DNA of 36,650 bases from Opitutus sp. GAS368 (GTDB lineage Bacteria > Verrucomicrobiota > Verrucomicrobiia > Opitutales > Opitutaceae): positions 1 to 36,650 of the forward strand of contig CAMAVZ010000020.1 of NCBI GenBank assembly GCA_945861645.1. The letters are read 5' to 3'. Positions 9,274 to 19,118 of the stretch are shown here, piece after piece; the first letter of the stretch is position 1; every line of letters starts with the position of its first letter. The notes below the pieces were generated by a model, which made no database searches, was not told the DNA's origin, and worked only from the letters and a program-made list of their open reading frames with translations. The translations under genes and the position numbers were made by a program.

Positions 9274-10317
9274 TTAGACGCACGGGGCCATTTTTTGTTT
9301 GAGCGCCATGACGCGTGCACAAGCGGCGGCGATTCGCTCGGGGGAGAGGCGCCCGGATTCGACGGCGCGGCTAATGATGGTCGCGGCTTTTTCGGCGATG
9401 CGCGGATCGTAACTCGAATTATTGCCCAAGCAGAGCACATCGATCCCCGCTTCCAGCGCTAGCGGGATGGCTTGCTCGAGACCGTAATGGCTAGCAATCG
9501 CCTTCATCTCCAAGTCATCGCTGATAATCACGCCTTGGAAGCCCAGTCGCTCCCGGAGTACGCCGGTTTGCACGGCTCGCGAAAGGGTGGCCGGGTAGGT
9601 TGGATCGAGGTGACGATTAATCACGTGGGCGCTCATGATGGCATCGCATCGCCCCGCGGCGATCAGTTGCTGAAACGGGATGAGTTCGCGCTCATGCCAG
9701 GTGGCCGTAACATCGACGAGGCCGAGATGGGTGTCACCAGTAGCGCTGCCGTGTCCGGGAAAATGTTTCGCGCAAGTCAGCACACGGTGGGCGCGGTGAG
9801 CTTCGACGAATTCAGCCGCGTGGCGGGCAACGACCGCTGGATCGCCTGAAAAACTCCGACCCTTGCCCTTGATGATGGGGTTATCAGGACGAGCATCGAG
9901 ATCAACCACCGGAGCCAAGTTGAGGTTGAAGCCCAACGCGGCCAGATTTTGGGCGATGCGCTCTGCGTGGCGGTAGGTTTCCGTTGGTTGATTCAGTTGG
10001 CCTAGCTCCTCGTGTGAGCTGCTGGCGGGGAATCCATACTCAGGCTTGAGCCGATTGACGCGCCCGCCCTCCTGATCAACCGCGATGAGCAAGGGGTGAG
10101 CGGCCTGGGCTTGGAGATAGGTGATCAGCGCGCGAACTTGTTGGGGTGACTCAATATTGCGGCGGCGCAGGCTGGGCTCTGCCATTTCCTGATCAAATAA
10201 AATGACCCCGCCAATGTGTTGTTCGCGAATCGCGCGCTCCACTAAACCGCACTCCGTCGGCGTGCAGCCGCGGAAACCGACGAGCAGGAGTTGGCCAATT
10301 TGTTCGCGTAGTGTCAT
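9274..10317 (-). CDS. nagZ: GH3 beta-N-acetylglucosaminidase
   Basis: DQEGGRV, KHFPGHGSATGDTH (NagZ signature), ISDDLEM nucleophile. Start set at ATG 10317 (MTLREQIGQ) to avoid overlap with the epimerase; no signal peptide. Confidence 0.93.
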   Translation of the reverse strand: MTLREQIGQLLLVGFRGCTPTECGLVERAIREQHIGGVILFDQEMAEPSLRRRNIESPQQVRALITYLQAQAAHPLLIAVDQEGGRVNRLKPEYGFPASSSHEELGQLNQPTETYRHAERIAQNLAALGFNLNLAPVVDLDARPDNPIIKGKGRSFSGDPAVVARHAAEFVEAHRAHRVLTCAKHFPGHGSATGDTHLGLVDVTATWHERELIPFQQLIAAGRCDAIMSAHVINRHLDPTYPATLSRAVQTGVLRERLGFQGVIISDDLEMKAIASHYGLEQAIPLALEAGIDVLCLGNNSSYDPRIAEKAATIISRAVESGRLSPERIAAACARVMALKQKMAPCV

Positions 10318-10342
10318 GAAAAAATTGTGACCGGCGGGAGGC

Positions 10343-11356
10343 TCAGCGTTTCGTGAGGCCGAGCCCGGGGGCCTCGGTCGGGATAATTTTCCCCTCGACC
10401 AACTGCGCGCCGTTAAAAAGATCATTTTTTATCAGCAGCGCCCCATCAAGGTCGACCCAGTCGGCTAAGGGCGAAAGTTGGGCGGCGGCGGAGATCGCGC
10501 AGGAGGTTTCGGTCATGCAGCCGAGCATCACTTTCAGATTTAGCTGGCGGGCGAGGGTGATCATCTGGTGCGCCTCGTGGAGGCCGGTGCATTTCATGAG
10601 CTTGATATTAATACCGTCAAATACGCCGCGCGCGGCGGGCACATCAATTAAGCGCTGCACGCTTTCGTCCGCCATCAAAGGGAGCGGGCTACGTTCGCGC
10701 AACCAGGCAGTGTCATCGATTTGCTCTTTGGGCATGGGTTGTTCGATGAACAAAACTCCCTGCGTGGCCAGCCACTCGCTCATGCGCAGCGCGTCCTCGC
10801 GGTCGCGCCAGCCTTGGTTGGCATCGACGGTGAGGGGCTGGTCGGTCACTTGGCGAATCGTGGTGATCAGTTCGCGATCCGTGTCGCGGCCTAATTTTAC
10901 TTTCAGGATTTTATAGGGCGCGGCGGCGAGCGTCTTCTGCCGCACCACCGCTGGGGTATCGATGCTAATGGTGAAAGAAGTGGCGGGGATGCGGGCCAAA
11001 TCGAGGCCCCAATGACGGTGCCATGAAGTGTTTAATTTTTTTCCGACCCAATCATGTAAGGCTAAATCTAGGGCGGCTTTCGCCGCGGGATTACCGGGAG
11101 CCAACGCCTCAACTTGCGCGCCGATGGCCGTGATTTGTAACAGGTCGGGGAAGGCCGCGGGATCAACTAATTTTAAAAAGGCGGCGGCACTGGCCGGGGT
11201 CTCCCCAAGATACGGCGGCATCGCGGCCTCACCGTAGCCGATGAGGCCCTCGTGCTCCAGTTCGACCATCAAGGCGGGGGTCGTGGTGCGTGAACTCGTC
11301 GCGAGGGTGAAGGGATGGGCGAGTTCGAGCGTGTAGGGATAAAAGCGGAGATGCAT
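10343..11356 (-). CDS. L-Ala-D/L-Glu dipeptide epimerase (enolase superfamily, YcjG/YkfB-like)
   Basis: GYGEA, KVK, VDAN, EQP, ADES, KLMK, GCM and the DLD motif of dipeptide epimerases. Confidence 0.9.
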   Translation of the reverse strand: MHLRFYPYTLELAHPFTLATSSRTTTPALMVELEHEGLIGYGEAAMPPYLGETPASAAAFLKLVDPAAFPDLLQITAIGAQVEALAPGNPAAKAALDLALHDWVGKKLNTSWHRHWGLDLARIPATSFTISIDTPAVVRQKTLAAAPYKILKVKLGRDTDRELITTIRQVTDQPLTVDANQGWRDREDALRMSEWLATQGVLFIEQPMPKEQIDDTAWLRERSPLPLMADESVQRLIDVPAARGVFDGINIKLMKCTGLHEAHQMITLARQLNLKVMLGCMTETSCAISAAAQLSPLADWVDLDGALLIKNDLFNGAQLVEGKIIPTEAPGLGLTKR

Positions 11357-11385
11357 AGCCAGGGAACTGACACCAAGGCGCGCGA

Positions 11386-13206
11386 TTATTTGGCGGGGGC
11401 CGGCTGCGAGTAAAAGACGCGCAGTTCTGGTTTAACCCCGATGAGCACCTGCGCCCGCTGCAGCGCTTTTTTCGTGGCGAGCGTCGGATTTTCTTCCGCC
11501 GAAAAAATATCTTCGGCGCCAATTTTTTTGGCGAGTCCGCTGCGTTTTAGCACGGCGGCAACATCGCCGTGGACGCCGGAAATGAGCAGATGCCGACCTT
11601 CTAACTGGAGATATTCTAACAATTGACCAAGGGCCATGACCGTCGTGGCGTCGAGGTGGCGCGCATTTTTCAGGCGCAGGATAAATACTCGGATTTGCGG
11701 ATCCTCGGCCAAGCGGCGGACCCCGTCCTGAAAAATATCGGCCGCGCCAAAAAATAAGTCGCCCTCGACGTGCACGATGGAAACCTGCGGACTATTCCGT
11801 TCTGTGGGGGTGTCGATCTGGGCGAGTTGGCCTTGGTCGTTAAAGGCATGCTCGATGAGGGTGGGGGCGCTGGCTTTCTGCAGAAATAGCACGAGTGAAA
11901 ATCCAATGCCGACATAAATGGCGGTATCAAGTTGCAGAAAGAGCGCGGCGAATAACGTCACCCAAAAAACCGCGGCGTCAGCGCGCGTAGAGCGACGGGC
12001 GATGGTGATTTGCGCGGGGTTAAATAAACGCAAGGCAATGCTGATCAGGTACGCCGCGAGGGCGGCGACGGGAATGTAATTGAGCAGCGGGGAGAGCAGG
12101 AGCACGGCAAACAGTACCCCGATACTGCTGATGATGGTCGCAAATTGGGTCCGACCCCCGCTCGCTAAATTGGTGGCGCTGCGCAAAAAGGAAGCTGATC
12201 CCGGCATCGCCCCGAAGGCGGTGGCGGCAAGATTGCCCAGCCCCATGCCAATGAGCTCTTGGTTCGGATCGAGCCGCTGCCCCGAGCGCGCCGCCAGGGT
12301 TTTAGCGATGGAAATAGCTTCCAGCATGCCGAGCAAGGCGATGGCGATCGCCGTGCCCGTGATGCGCGGCAGCAGGAGTAAGCCCTCTTGGTTTAAGGGA
12401 AACCCAGTGAAAATTGGCATCGCACTAACCATTTCGCCGAGATCGCGGACCAAGCGTAAACCGTGATCCTCGAGCTTGCATGTCGCGGCGATGATACTCG
12501 CGAGAAATAGGACGATGATCCCCTCTGGCCAGCGCGGTCGCCAACGGCGCAACAAATAGAGCAAGCTGAGTGAGCCCGCGCCAGTCGCCGCCGTTAGATA
12601 ATTAAAATCTAGACTCAGCAAACTCGTGATTAAGTAGTGGACCGTGCCGGGCAGACTGACTGCTGGGGCCCGATCGATCCCTAGGAAATTGCCAATTTGC
12701 CCGATAATAATTAAAATACCCACGGCCGTCGTGTAGGCGATGATCACCGTGCGCGAAATAAATTGAGTCAGTTGCCCCGTTTTAGTTAACCCCGCCGTCA
12801 GTTGAATGATGCCGATGATGCAACCGAGCAGCAGAACTTTCGCTAAGGGCGTTAGGGGAACATCCGCGAGACTCAGCACCGCGCCCGCCAGAATAATACT
12901 GATGGTGTTAGTGGGCCCGAAAACGAGGTGGTGGGATGAACTGTAGCAAGCGCAGATCAAGGAGCCGATCACCGCGGTGGCGAGGACCGCATGAATGGGT
13001 AGCCCGACGACGAGGGCGAAACCGATGGCCTGAGGAATCGTGATGACGGCGACCGTGACACCTGCAATTATATCAGCGCGCAATTTTTCTCGGCTGTAGC
13101 TGGCGACTTCTCGCCATAAAGGCGGAATTAAGTTGGCTCGAATTTGCCCGCCAATGCCGGTGATCCGCCGGCTGGCTACTTGGGTTAGGTCGTCGAGCTC
13201 CTGCAT
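11386..13206 (-). CDS. SulP/SLC26-family anion transporter with C-terminal STAS domain
   Basis: DIIAGVTVAVITIPQAIGFA, GPTN, NQELIGMGLGN, GSASFLRS; STAS motifs LFFGA and LDAT. Confidence 0.92.
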   Translation of the reverse strand: MQELDDLTQVASRRITGIGGQIRANLIPPLWREVASYSREKLRADIIAGVTVAVITIPQAIGFALVVGLPIHAVLATAVIGSLICACYSSSHHLVFGPTNTISIILAGAVLSLADVPLTPLAKVLLLGCIIGIIQLTAGLTKTGQLTQFISRTVIIAYTTAVGILIIIGQIGNFLGIDRAPAVSLPGTVHYLITSLLSLDFNYLTAATGAGSLSLLYLLRRWRPRWPEGIIVLFLASIIAATCKLEDHGLRLVRDLGEMVSAMPIFTGFPLNQEGLLLLPRITGTAIAIALLGMLEAISIAKTLAARSGQRLDPNQELIGMGLGNLAATAFGAMPGSASFLRSATNLASGGRTQFATIISSIGVLFAVLLLSPLLNYIPVAALAAYLISIALRLFNPAQITIARRSTRADAAVFWVTLFAALFLQLDTAIYVGIGFSLVLFLQKASAPTLIEHAFNDQGQLAQIDTPTERNSPQVSIVHVEGDLFFGAADIFQDGVRRLAEDPQIRVFILRLKNARHLDATTVMALGQLLEYLQLEGRHLLISGVHGDVAAVLKRSGLAKKIGAEDIFSAEENPTLATKKALQRAQVLIGVKPELRVFYSQPAPAK

Positions 13207-13648
13207 TTAAGTTAGAGTGGTAACAATGTGGACCGATGGCAATCTCTGGCTCGGTCAACGCGGGGCTGGTTTAAAAACCCGCGCATTATTTCATCGTGGA
13301 TCCGCTGCGCTCGTCGATTAATCGGCTCCGCCTAGCGTGACGCTGTCAGCTCTTGGTGAGGGTTATTTTTGCTGTCAGTTTTCGTTATCGGCTCGACGAT
13401 TTATATCCTTCAACTGCGCCGATCTTAACCTGCCAATGAGGTAGTGGATTAATCCGTAACTGGGTCGTTCGATAAACTGCGGCCAAGTTATCGCGTCCAG
13501 CAACGCCGGAGAACGCCTTGTTTTTGAATTAAAGACATGGATTTGCATCATGCAGCTGCTTTTGAGTATTTTTCTGCAGTCGACCTTTCGTAACCTCAAC
13601 TTGGCAGCAATTTGTGAAAATTTTTAGGGAAAATTATCGAGTGTTTTC

Positions 13649-13700
13649 TTGACTGGGGGGTATAGAATGGGGAGAAATGGGGCGTTCTGGGGAATTAGGG
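13649..13700 (+). promoter_or_regulatory. dcw promoter region with MraZ-binding direct repeats
   Basis: TGGGG at 13668, 13678 and 13688 (exact 10-bp period), extra TGGGG at 13654 and TAGGG at 13696; TTGACT -35-like hexamer at 13649. Matches the known TGGGN-N5 MraZ operator architecture. Confidence 0.75.
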
Positions 13701-13714
13701 CCCCGAACTCACCC

Positions 13715-14167
13715 ATGTCGTCTTTAAATAACACCATTTATTCCGGCCGTTTTGAGCACACGCTCGATGATAAGAATCGTCTCACGATTCCGTCATTGTG
13801 GCGTTGGGCACATACGGACACGGAGACGTTTTTGGCGATCCCGCATCCCGATAGTTACATCGCCGTGCTCCCGCCGGCGCGGGTGGCGAAATTACTCACG
13901 CAGGTTTCCGAAATGAAAATATCGGACCGCGAGGCCCAGGCAGTGAAGGCGAAAATATTCTCGGAGGCCCTTTCGTTTACCTTCGATAAGCAGGGTCGCT
14001 TCGGCATCAGCCCCGACCTCTTGCGTCATGCGGGCATTGCGAAGGACGCGGTGCTGTCCGGCATGGGCGATACTTTTAATATTCTCAGTCCGGCGCGTTG
14101 GACGGATCTGCAACGCACGACGGCGGGAGAAAACTTCGGCGACATGATGCGCCGGATCGGGCTCTAA
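13715..14167 (+). CDS. mraZ: Division/cell-wall cluster transcriptional repressor MraZ
   Basis: Two MraZ repeats (HTLDDKNRLTIP, FDKQGRFGI); first gene of the dcw cluster. ATG 13715 preferred over TTG 13649, which lies in the promoter. Confidence 0.93.
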   Translation: MSSLNNTIYSGRFEHTLDDKNRLTIPSLWRWAHTDTETFLAIPHPDSYIAVLPPARVAKLLTQVSEMKISDREAQAVKAKIFSEALSFTFDKQGRFGISPDLLRHAGIAKDAVLSGMGDTFNILSPARWTDLQRTTAGENFGDMMRRIGL

Positions 14168-14171
14168 AATC

Positions 14172-14312
14172 GTGAAGACCCTCACGCTGATTCGTCCGCA
14201 ACCTTTACCCAGGCTCGCGCTCATCTTCTGTGCCAACCGGCGCGCCTTGCTCCGCGAGTCGCTCACGCTCGGGCTGCCGTGGAAAAAAATCCATGCTCGC
14301 GCCCGCGCTTGA
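14172..14312 (+). CDS. Putative 46-aa basic peptide between mraZ and rsmH
   Basis: GTG 4 nt after the mraZ stop: [49 protein letters not shown] at 14310-14312; spans the whole intergenic gap. Confidence 0.4.
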   Translation: MKTLTLIRPQPLPRLALIFCANRRALLRESLTLGLPWKKIHARARA

Positions 14313-14328
14313 ATCTCTGCCGCTCGCG

Positions 14329-15243
14329 ATGACACAGGGCCACCAACCGGTCATGTTGACGGAGGTCCTGGAATACCTCGCCCCCCTGCGTGGGCAGGTT
14401 TACCTCGATTGCACTTTCGGTGGGGGCGGGCACACCCGCGCCATTTTGGCCACGGGGGCGAGCGTGCTTGCCCTAGATCGGGATCCGGCGGCCCAGCCCC
14501 GTACCGTTGAGTTAAGCGCGGAGTTTCCGGCGACCTTTCGCTTTGTTGATTTAAATTTTGGCGATCTCGCGGCGTTGCCGGAGACTGGCTTGCACGGCAT
14601 CCTGTTTGATTTGGGCGTTTCGTCGTTTCAGCTCGACGAAGCTGACCGCGGTTTTGCTTTTCGCCATGACGCGATCACCGACATGCGCATGGATCCGCGG
14701 CAGGGTGCTGCCGCCGGCGTTTGGTTGGAAAATGCGAGCCATGATTCGCTCGTTGATGCAGTGCGCGATTTAGGTGAGGAGAAAAATTGGCGACGCGTAG
14801 TCGAGGCGATCGAAGGCGCCCGAGGCACGGGGGCACTCGCACGTACCGCCGCCTTAGCTGAGCTCATCGCGGCCGCGATTCCCGCGGCCGTTAAGCGGGA
14901 GAGTCGCCTTCATCCTGCGACGCGTACTTTCCAGGGTATTCGGATGGCGGTGAATGATGAACTGGGCGCGCTGGAGCGCGCGTTGCCCGTCGCCTTCGCC
15001 AAACTCGCGCCTGGCGGGGTGCTCGCGGTGATCAGTTTTCATTCACTCGAGGATCGTCCCGTGAAGCAATTTTTCCGCAAGGCCTGTGGCCAACCAGTTG
15101 ATGCCAACGATGCCACCCCCCAGCAACTGCGGGCCAAGTTTGCCGAGCCGCTCACCCGCAAGCCGCTGACTCCCTCCGAGCGTGAACTAGCCGCCAATCC
15201 ACGGAGCCGTTCCGCAAAGTTGCGCGTGCTGCGTAAAATTTAA
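14329..15243 (+). CDS. rsmH: 16S rRNA m4C1402 methyltransferase
   Basis: [59 protein letters not shown]. Start may be ATG 14293. Confidence 0.96.
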   Translation: MTQGHQPVMLTEVLEYLAPLRGQVYLDCTFGGGGHTRAILATGASVLALDRDPAAQPRTVELSAEFPATFRFVDLNFGDLAALPETGLHGILFDLGVSSFQLDEADRGFAFRHDAITDMRMDPRQGAAAGVWLENASHDSLVDAVRDLGEEKNWRRVVEAIEGARGTGALARTAALAELIAAAIPAAVKRESRLHPATRTFQGIRMAVNDELGALERALPVAFAKLAPGGVLAVISFHSLEDRPVKQFFRKACGQPVDANDATPQQLRAKFAEPLTRKPLTPSERELAANPRSRSAKLRVLRKI

Positions 15244-15252
15244 TCTATCGCC

Positions 15253-15666
15253 ATGAAACCACCTCCGGCCCTCGGCCTTATTAATCGCTCGATCGTCCTG
15301 ACACTGTTGCTGCTCATTTTCTGGGGTTCGGTCGGACTCGGCGCCGTCTGGGCGCGCCAAGGCATTTCACAGGCGGCGAATCGCAATCGCGCGCTCGTCA
15401 GCAAATTAGCCGATATCGATCGTCGGTTGGATGAGGTTAACGCCCAGGTCGCCACCGCCGTTAATCCTGATACGCTCTTGCATCAAAACCAAGTGATGCG
15501 GCTCACGCTGGCGTCGCCTCGTGAAGTGCAGGTGGTGCGGGTTGCGGAGTCCCCTGAATTACGCCTCGCCCAGAAGCGCAACAGCGAAATTTTTAATCTG
15601 ACTGCAGCTACTTTTAACACGGGCCAGGCCCCCGCTTTTCGCGGGCTAACCGCGGCCTTGCGCTGA
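15253..15666 (+). CDS. FtsL-like cell division protein
   Basis: One N-terminal TM helix followed by a coiled-coil-like segment; canonical position between rsmH and ftsI. Confidence 0.65.
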   Translation: MKPPPALGLINRSIVLTLLLLIFWGSVGLGAVWARQGISQAANRNRALVSKLADIDRRLDEVNAQVATAVNPDTLLHQNQVMRLTLASPREVQVVRVAESPELRLAQKRNSEIFNLTAATFNTGQAPAFRGLTAALR

Positions 15667-15670
15667 TCTC

Positions 15671-17521
15671 ATGTCGAAGGGTTTCGCTTCCAACCGTCTC
15701 AGCCTGCTCGCGATCGGCGTCATTGCTTGCTTCGTCAGCGTCGGCGTGCGATTGGTTTTTTTACACGTAGTGGATCGCGACGAGTTATTGCGCTTTGTGG
15801 ACAAAGCGCGCCGCCAGATCGTCGTCGAGCAAGCCCGCCGCGGCACGATTCTTGATACGCGAGGAAACTTGCTGGCAACCTCTCGCTCCGAAATCACCGT
15901 CGCTGTTGATCCTTGGTCGTTGCAAGAATACCTCGAGATAGAAAAAAATCCCAGCAAGCGCGCGCGCAAGAGCGCCGCGGAAAAAATCAAGCGGGGGCAA
16001 TTGGCCGCTTTGCTGGATCTGCCGGTGGCCGACGTCGAGCAAGCTTTTGTGCCGATGATGCGGCCGATCGATCCGCTGAAAGCTCAGCGTGATGGCAAGG
16101 TTGATGGCGTGACCAAGGATCGTTGGGTAAAATTGCGGGAAGCTTTGCCCGCGAGCGTCTATGATAAAATCGAGGCATTGGCGGTCCGCGGGATTACGCA
16201 TAATCGAGTTTATCGGCGAGTATACCCGGGCGATGGCCTCGCGGCGCACCTGATCGGTTACTTAAATAAAGAGGGCACACCGGTGAGTGGGGCGGAGCAT
16301 CATTTTAATCTCTATCTCAAAGGGCAGGATGGGTGGATTGAATCAGAAAAAGATGGGGCGCGGCGTGAACTCGCCCAATTTCGCTCGCGCGAGGTGCCCG
16401 TCGCCAACGGCAACGACGTCGTGCTGACCATCGACTCCGTGGTGCAGCACATCATCGAAGAAGAATTAAAAACCATCGCCGCTAAATTTCAGCCACATTT
16501 TGCCACGATCATCGCCAGCGATCCGATGACGGGTGCGATTCTCGGCCTGGCGAACTACCCGAGTTTCGATTTAAATCATTACAGTAAGGCGCCGCTGGAG
16601 GCGCAGCGTAATTATGCGATTACGGACCTGATTGAGCCGGGTTCCACCTTTAAGATTGTGGCGGCGGGGGCGGCGTTAAATGAAGGTTTAGTTACCGCGC
16701 GCACAACGTTCGACTGTAGCAATGCGACGATCGACTATAAAGGCCGCACCTTAAAATTGCCGAGGGAAGATGAATTGTTTGGCCGTTTGAGTGTGGCTGA
16801 TATTGTGGCGCATTCGAGTAATCGCGGAGCGGCGCAACTGGCGATGCTCATGGGCGAACAGCGTTTTTACGATTATGTCCGCGCGTATGGTTTTGGTGAA
16901 GCGACGGGCTTGGGGCTTGGGGGTGAGGTGCGCGGACAGCTGGCTTCGCCCGCCAAATGGGACGGTCTAACGATCACGCGCATGCCGATGGGTCATGCGG
17001 TGGCCGCCACCCCGTTGCAAATCCACATGGCAATGAGCGCCGTGGCGAACGGCGGCGTGCTTTTGCGCCCGCAGATCATCAAAGAAATTAAGGATCCGAA
17101 GGGAAATATTGTGCGCACCTTTACCGCCGAAAAACGGGGGCAAGTGCTCAAGCCCAGCACGGCGGCGCAATTAGCCCAGTTGCTCACGGGCGTCGTGCGC
17201 GAGGGCACCGCGAAGGGCTTTGATATTCCCGGTTTTGAAATCGCCGGAAAAACGGGGACGACTCAAAAAATTATCGGCGGCAAATACAGTACGAAGCATC
17301 ACGTCGCCTCCTTCGTGGGATTTTTCCCGGCGAGTCGGCCCGAGATTGTTTTATCGGTGATTGTTGATGATGCAGTCGTCGCTGGCGGTACGGCCTACGG
17401 ACGCGTAGTGGCGGCGCCCGCGTTCCACCACATTGCCGAGCAACTCATCCAGTATCTGGATATCAAGCCAGGGCTGCCGACGAATCGCACTTTTCTCGCG
17501 GCGCAAGGAGGTTTCCCATGA
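15671..17521 (+). CDS. ftsI: Class B penicillin-binding protein (septal transpeptidase)
   Basis: N-terminal TM; RGTILD; RVYP; SxxK (EPGSTFK), SxN (SSN) and KTG (GKTGT). Confidence 0.93.
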   Translation: MSKGFASNRLSLLAIGVIACFVSVGVRLVFLHVVDRDELLRFVDKARRQIVVEQARRGTILDTRGNLLATSRSEITVAVDPWSLQEYLEIEKNPSKRARKSAAEKIKRGQLAALLDLPVADVEQAFVPMMRPIDPLKAQRDGKVDGVTKDRWVKLREALPASVYDKIEALAVRGITHNRVYRRVYPGDGLAAHLIGYLNKEGTPVSGAEHHFNLYLKGQDGWIESEKDGARRELAQFRSREVPVANGNDVVLTIDSVVQHIIEEELKTIAAKFQPHFATIIASDPMTGAILGLANYPSFDLNHYSKAPLEAQRNYAITDLIEPGSTFKIVAAGAALNEGLVTARTTFDCSNATIDYKGRTLKLPREDELFGRLSVADIVAHSSNRGAAQLAMLMGEQRFYDYVRAYGFGEATGLGLGGEVRGQLASPAKWDGLTITRMPMGHAVAATPLQIHMAMSAVANGGVLLRPQIIKEIKDPKGNIVRTFTAEKRGQVLKPSTAAQLAQLLTGVVREGTAKGFDIPGFEIAGKTGTTQKIIGGKYSTKHHVASFVGFFPASRPEIVLSVIVDDAVVAGGTAYGRVVAAPAFHHIAEQLIQYLDIKPGLPTNRTFLAAQGGFP

Positions 17522-19110
17522 TTGGTTATCTCACGCCTAACTATCCGTTAGTGGCGGCTTTTCGGGCGCAACTGGTCGTGCGGCCCCGGGTAAAGCATCG
17601 GCTGACCACGGGACTCTTCAAATCGGCGCCAAATTTAGCGGACTATTTTCCGGCCGATGAAATCCTCGCGCGCCAAGGCGATTTAGATCGTCCCATTTCG
17701 GGTCTCGCGAGCGACAGTCGTCGGGTGCTGGCCGGCAATGTGTTTTTTGCGCTGCCGGGGCATCGAGCAGACGGTAATTCTTTTATCGACCAAGCGATCA
17801 GTCGCGGGGCCGTCGCCATTGTCGCGGAGAAAATTCCGAGCGGAATGGCGGCGCGCGTGACTTATATTCAGGTGGCTGATGTGCGGTGGACCCTCGCGAA
17901 AGCGGCGCAGCGCTTTAATCATTTTCCGGATCGCTCGCTGGAGGTGCTCGGGGTCACGGGTACGAATGGTAAGACCACGGTCGCGCATCTCATTAAGCAT
18001 TTATTGGCGACAACGACCCAGCGGGTTGGCCTGGTGGGGACGATCAACTACGATCTCGGGCATCGGGTGGTGCCCGCGTATCAGACGACGCCAGAGTCTT
18101 TAGAATTGTATGGTCTCTTGGCGCAGATGCGTGAGGCCGGTTGCCGCCAAGCGGTGGTGGAAGTCAGTTCGCATGGCCTCGATCAACAGCGCGTGGGCGG
18201 TCTGCAGTTCGGGGTGGCGGTCTTTACTAATTTTACGGCGGACCATCTTGATTATCACCGGACGAACGCGGCTTATTTTAGTGCGAAGAGACGATTTTTT
18301 AATGGTGAGAACGGGCCTCTCCCGAAAGTAGCGGTGGTTAATATCGATGACGCGGGCGGTCGGGAATTGGCGGCGGCGCTCCCCGCCGCGGTCCGTCTTA
18401 TCAGTTTTGGGGAGTCCGCGACTGCGCTCGTGCGAGCGGAGCAAGTGCAGGTGAGTGCGCACGGCACCGCCTTTCGCTTGCTTTGGCCCGAGGGAAGCAT
18501 CGACGTAGCAAGTCCGCTGCTCGGTCGTTATAATGTCAGTAATTTAGTCGCGGCGTTTGCGGCTTGTTATGCGCTGGGTCGTGATCCGGCGGTCGTGGCC
18601 GTGCGGCTAAAGAATTTTACCGTGGTGCCGGGTCGTTTGGAGCGAATTACCGGTGGGTCGGGAGCGCAGGTCTTCGTCGACTATGCTCATACCCCAGCGG
18701 CCATGCGGGCTTCGTTAAGTTTGTTGCGGGCGCTGACGCCAGGGCGTCTCTTGGTCGTCTATGGTTGTGGCGGCCAGCGTGACCGATCCCAACGGGCGCC
18801 GCTCACCAAAATTGTGCAGGAGATTGCGGATCAGGTTTGGGTGACCGCTGATAATCCCCGCGCGGAGCCGCTGGCCGATATTTTTGCTGACCAGCAGGCG
18901 GGGGTGATAGCGGCGGAGCGGATCGCTTTTGTGCCGGATCGGCGGGAAGCGATTCGGCAGGCGTTGGCCGCCGCGCGCGTCGGTGATGGCGTGCTCATCG
19001 CGGGGAAGGGCCACGAAATTTACCAGAAATTAGCCGATACGATTGTCCCTTTTGATGATCGGCAAGTGGCGCGGGAGTTACTCGTGCCGACGACACGGCG
19101 GCTGACTTAA
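17518..19110 (+). CDS. murE: UDP-MurNAc-L-Ala-D-Glu:meso-DAP ligase
   Basis: GVTGTNGKTT, EVSSH, DHLDYH, VDYAHTP, DNPR (mDAP-type motif), AGKGHE. SD AAGGAGGT at 17505 with ATGA overlap. Confidence 0.95.
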   Translation: MIGYLTPNYPLVAAFRAQLVVRPRVKHRLTTGLFKSAPNLADYFPADEILARQGDLDRPISGLASDSRRVLAGNVFFALPGHRADGNSFIDQAISRGAVAIVAEKIPSGMAARVTYIQVADVRWTLAKAAQRFNHFPDRSLEVLGVTGTNGKTTVAHLIKHLLATTTQRVGLVGTINYDLGHRVVPAYQTTPESLELYGLLAQMREAGCRQAVVEVSSHGLDQQRVGGLQFGVAVFTNFTADHLDYHRTNAAYFSAKRRFFNGENGPLPKVAVVNIDDAGGRELAAALPAAVRLISFGESATALVRAEQVQVSAHGTAFRLLWPEGSIDVASPLLGRYNVSNLVAAFAACYALGRDPAVVAVRLKNFTVVPGRLERITGGSGAQVFVDYAHTPAAMRASLSLLRALTPGRLLVVYGCGGQRDRSQRAPLTKIVQEIADQVWVTADNPRAEPLADIFADQQAGVIAAERIAFVPDRREAIRQALAAARVGDGVLIAGKGHEIYQKLADTIVPFDDRQVARELLVPTTRRLT

Positions 19111-19118
19111 TTACCCCG

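Noticed and set aside
13375-13599. 74-aa minus-strand ORF in the sulP-mraZ intergenic region
   Set aside because: TTG start, no RBS, no motif, and it lies in AT-rich promoter-like DNA; unsupported.
13654-13700. G-run cluster as a G-quadruplex or novel repeat
   Set aside because: Adequately explained by the known 10-bp-period MraZ operator repeats.
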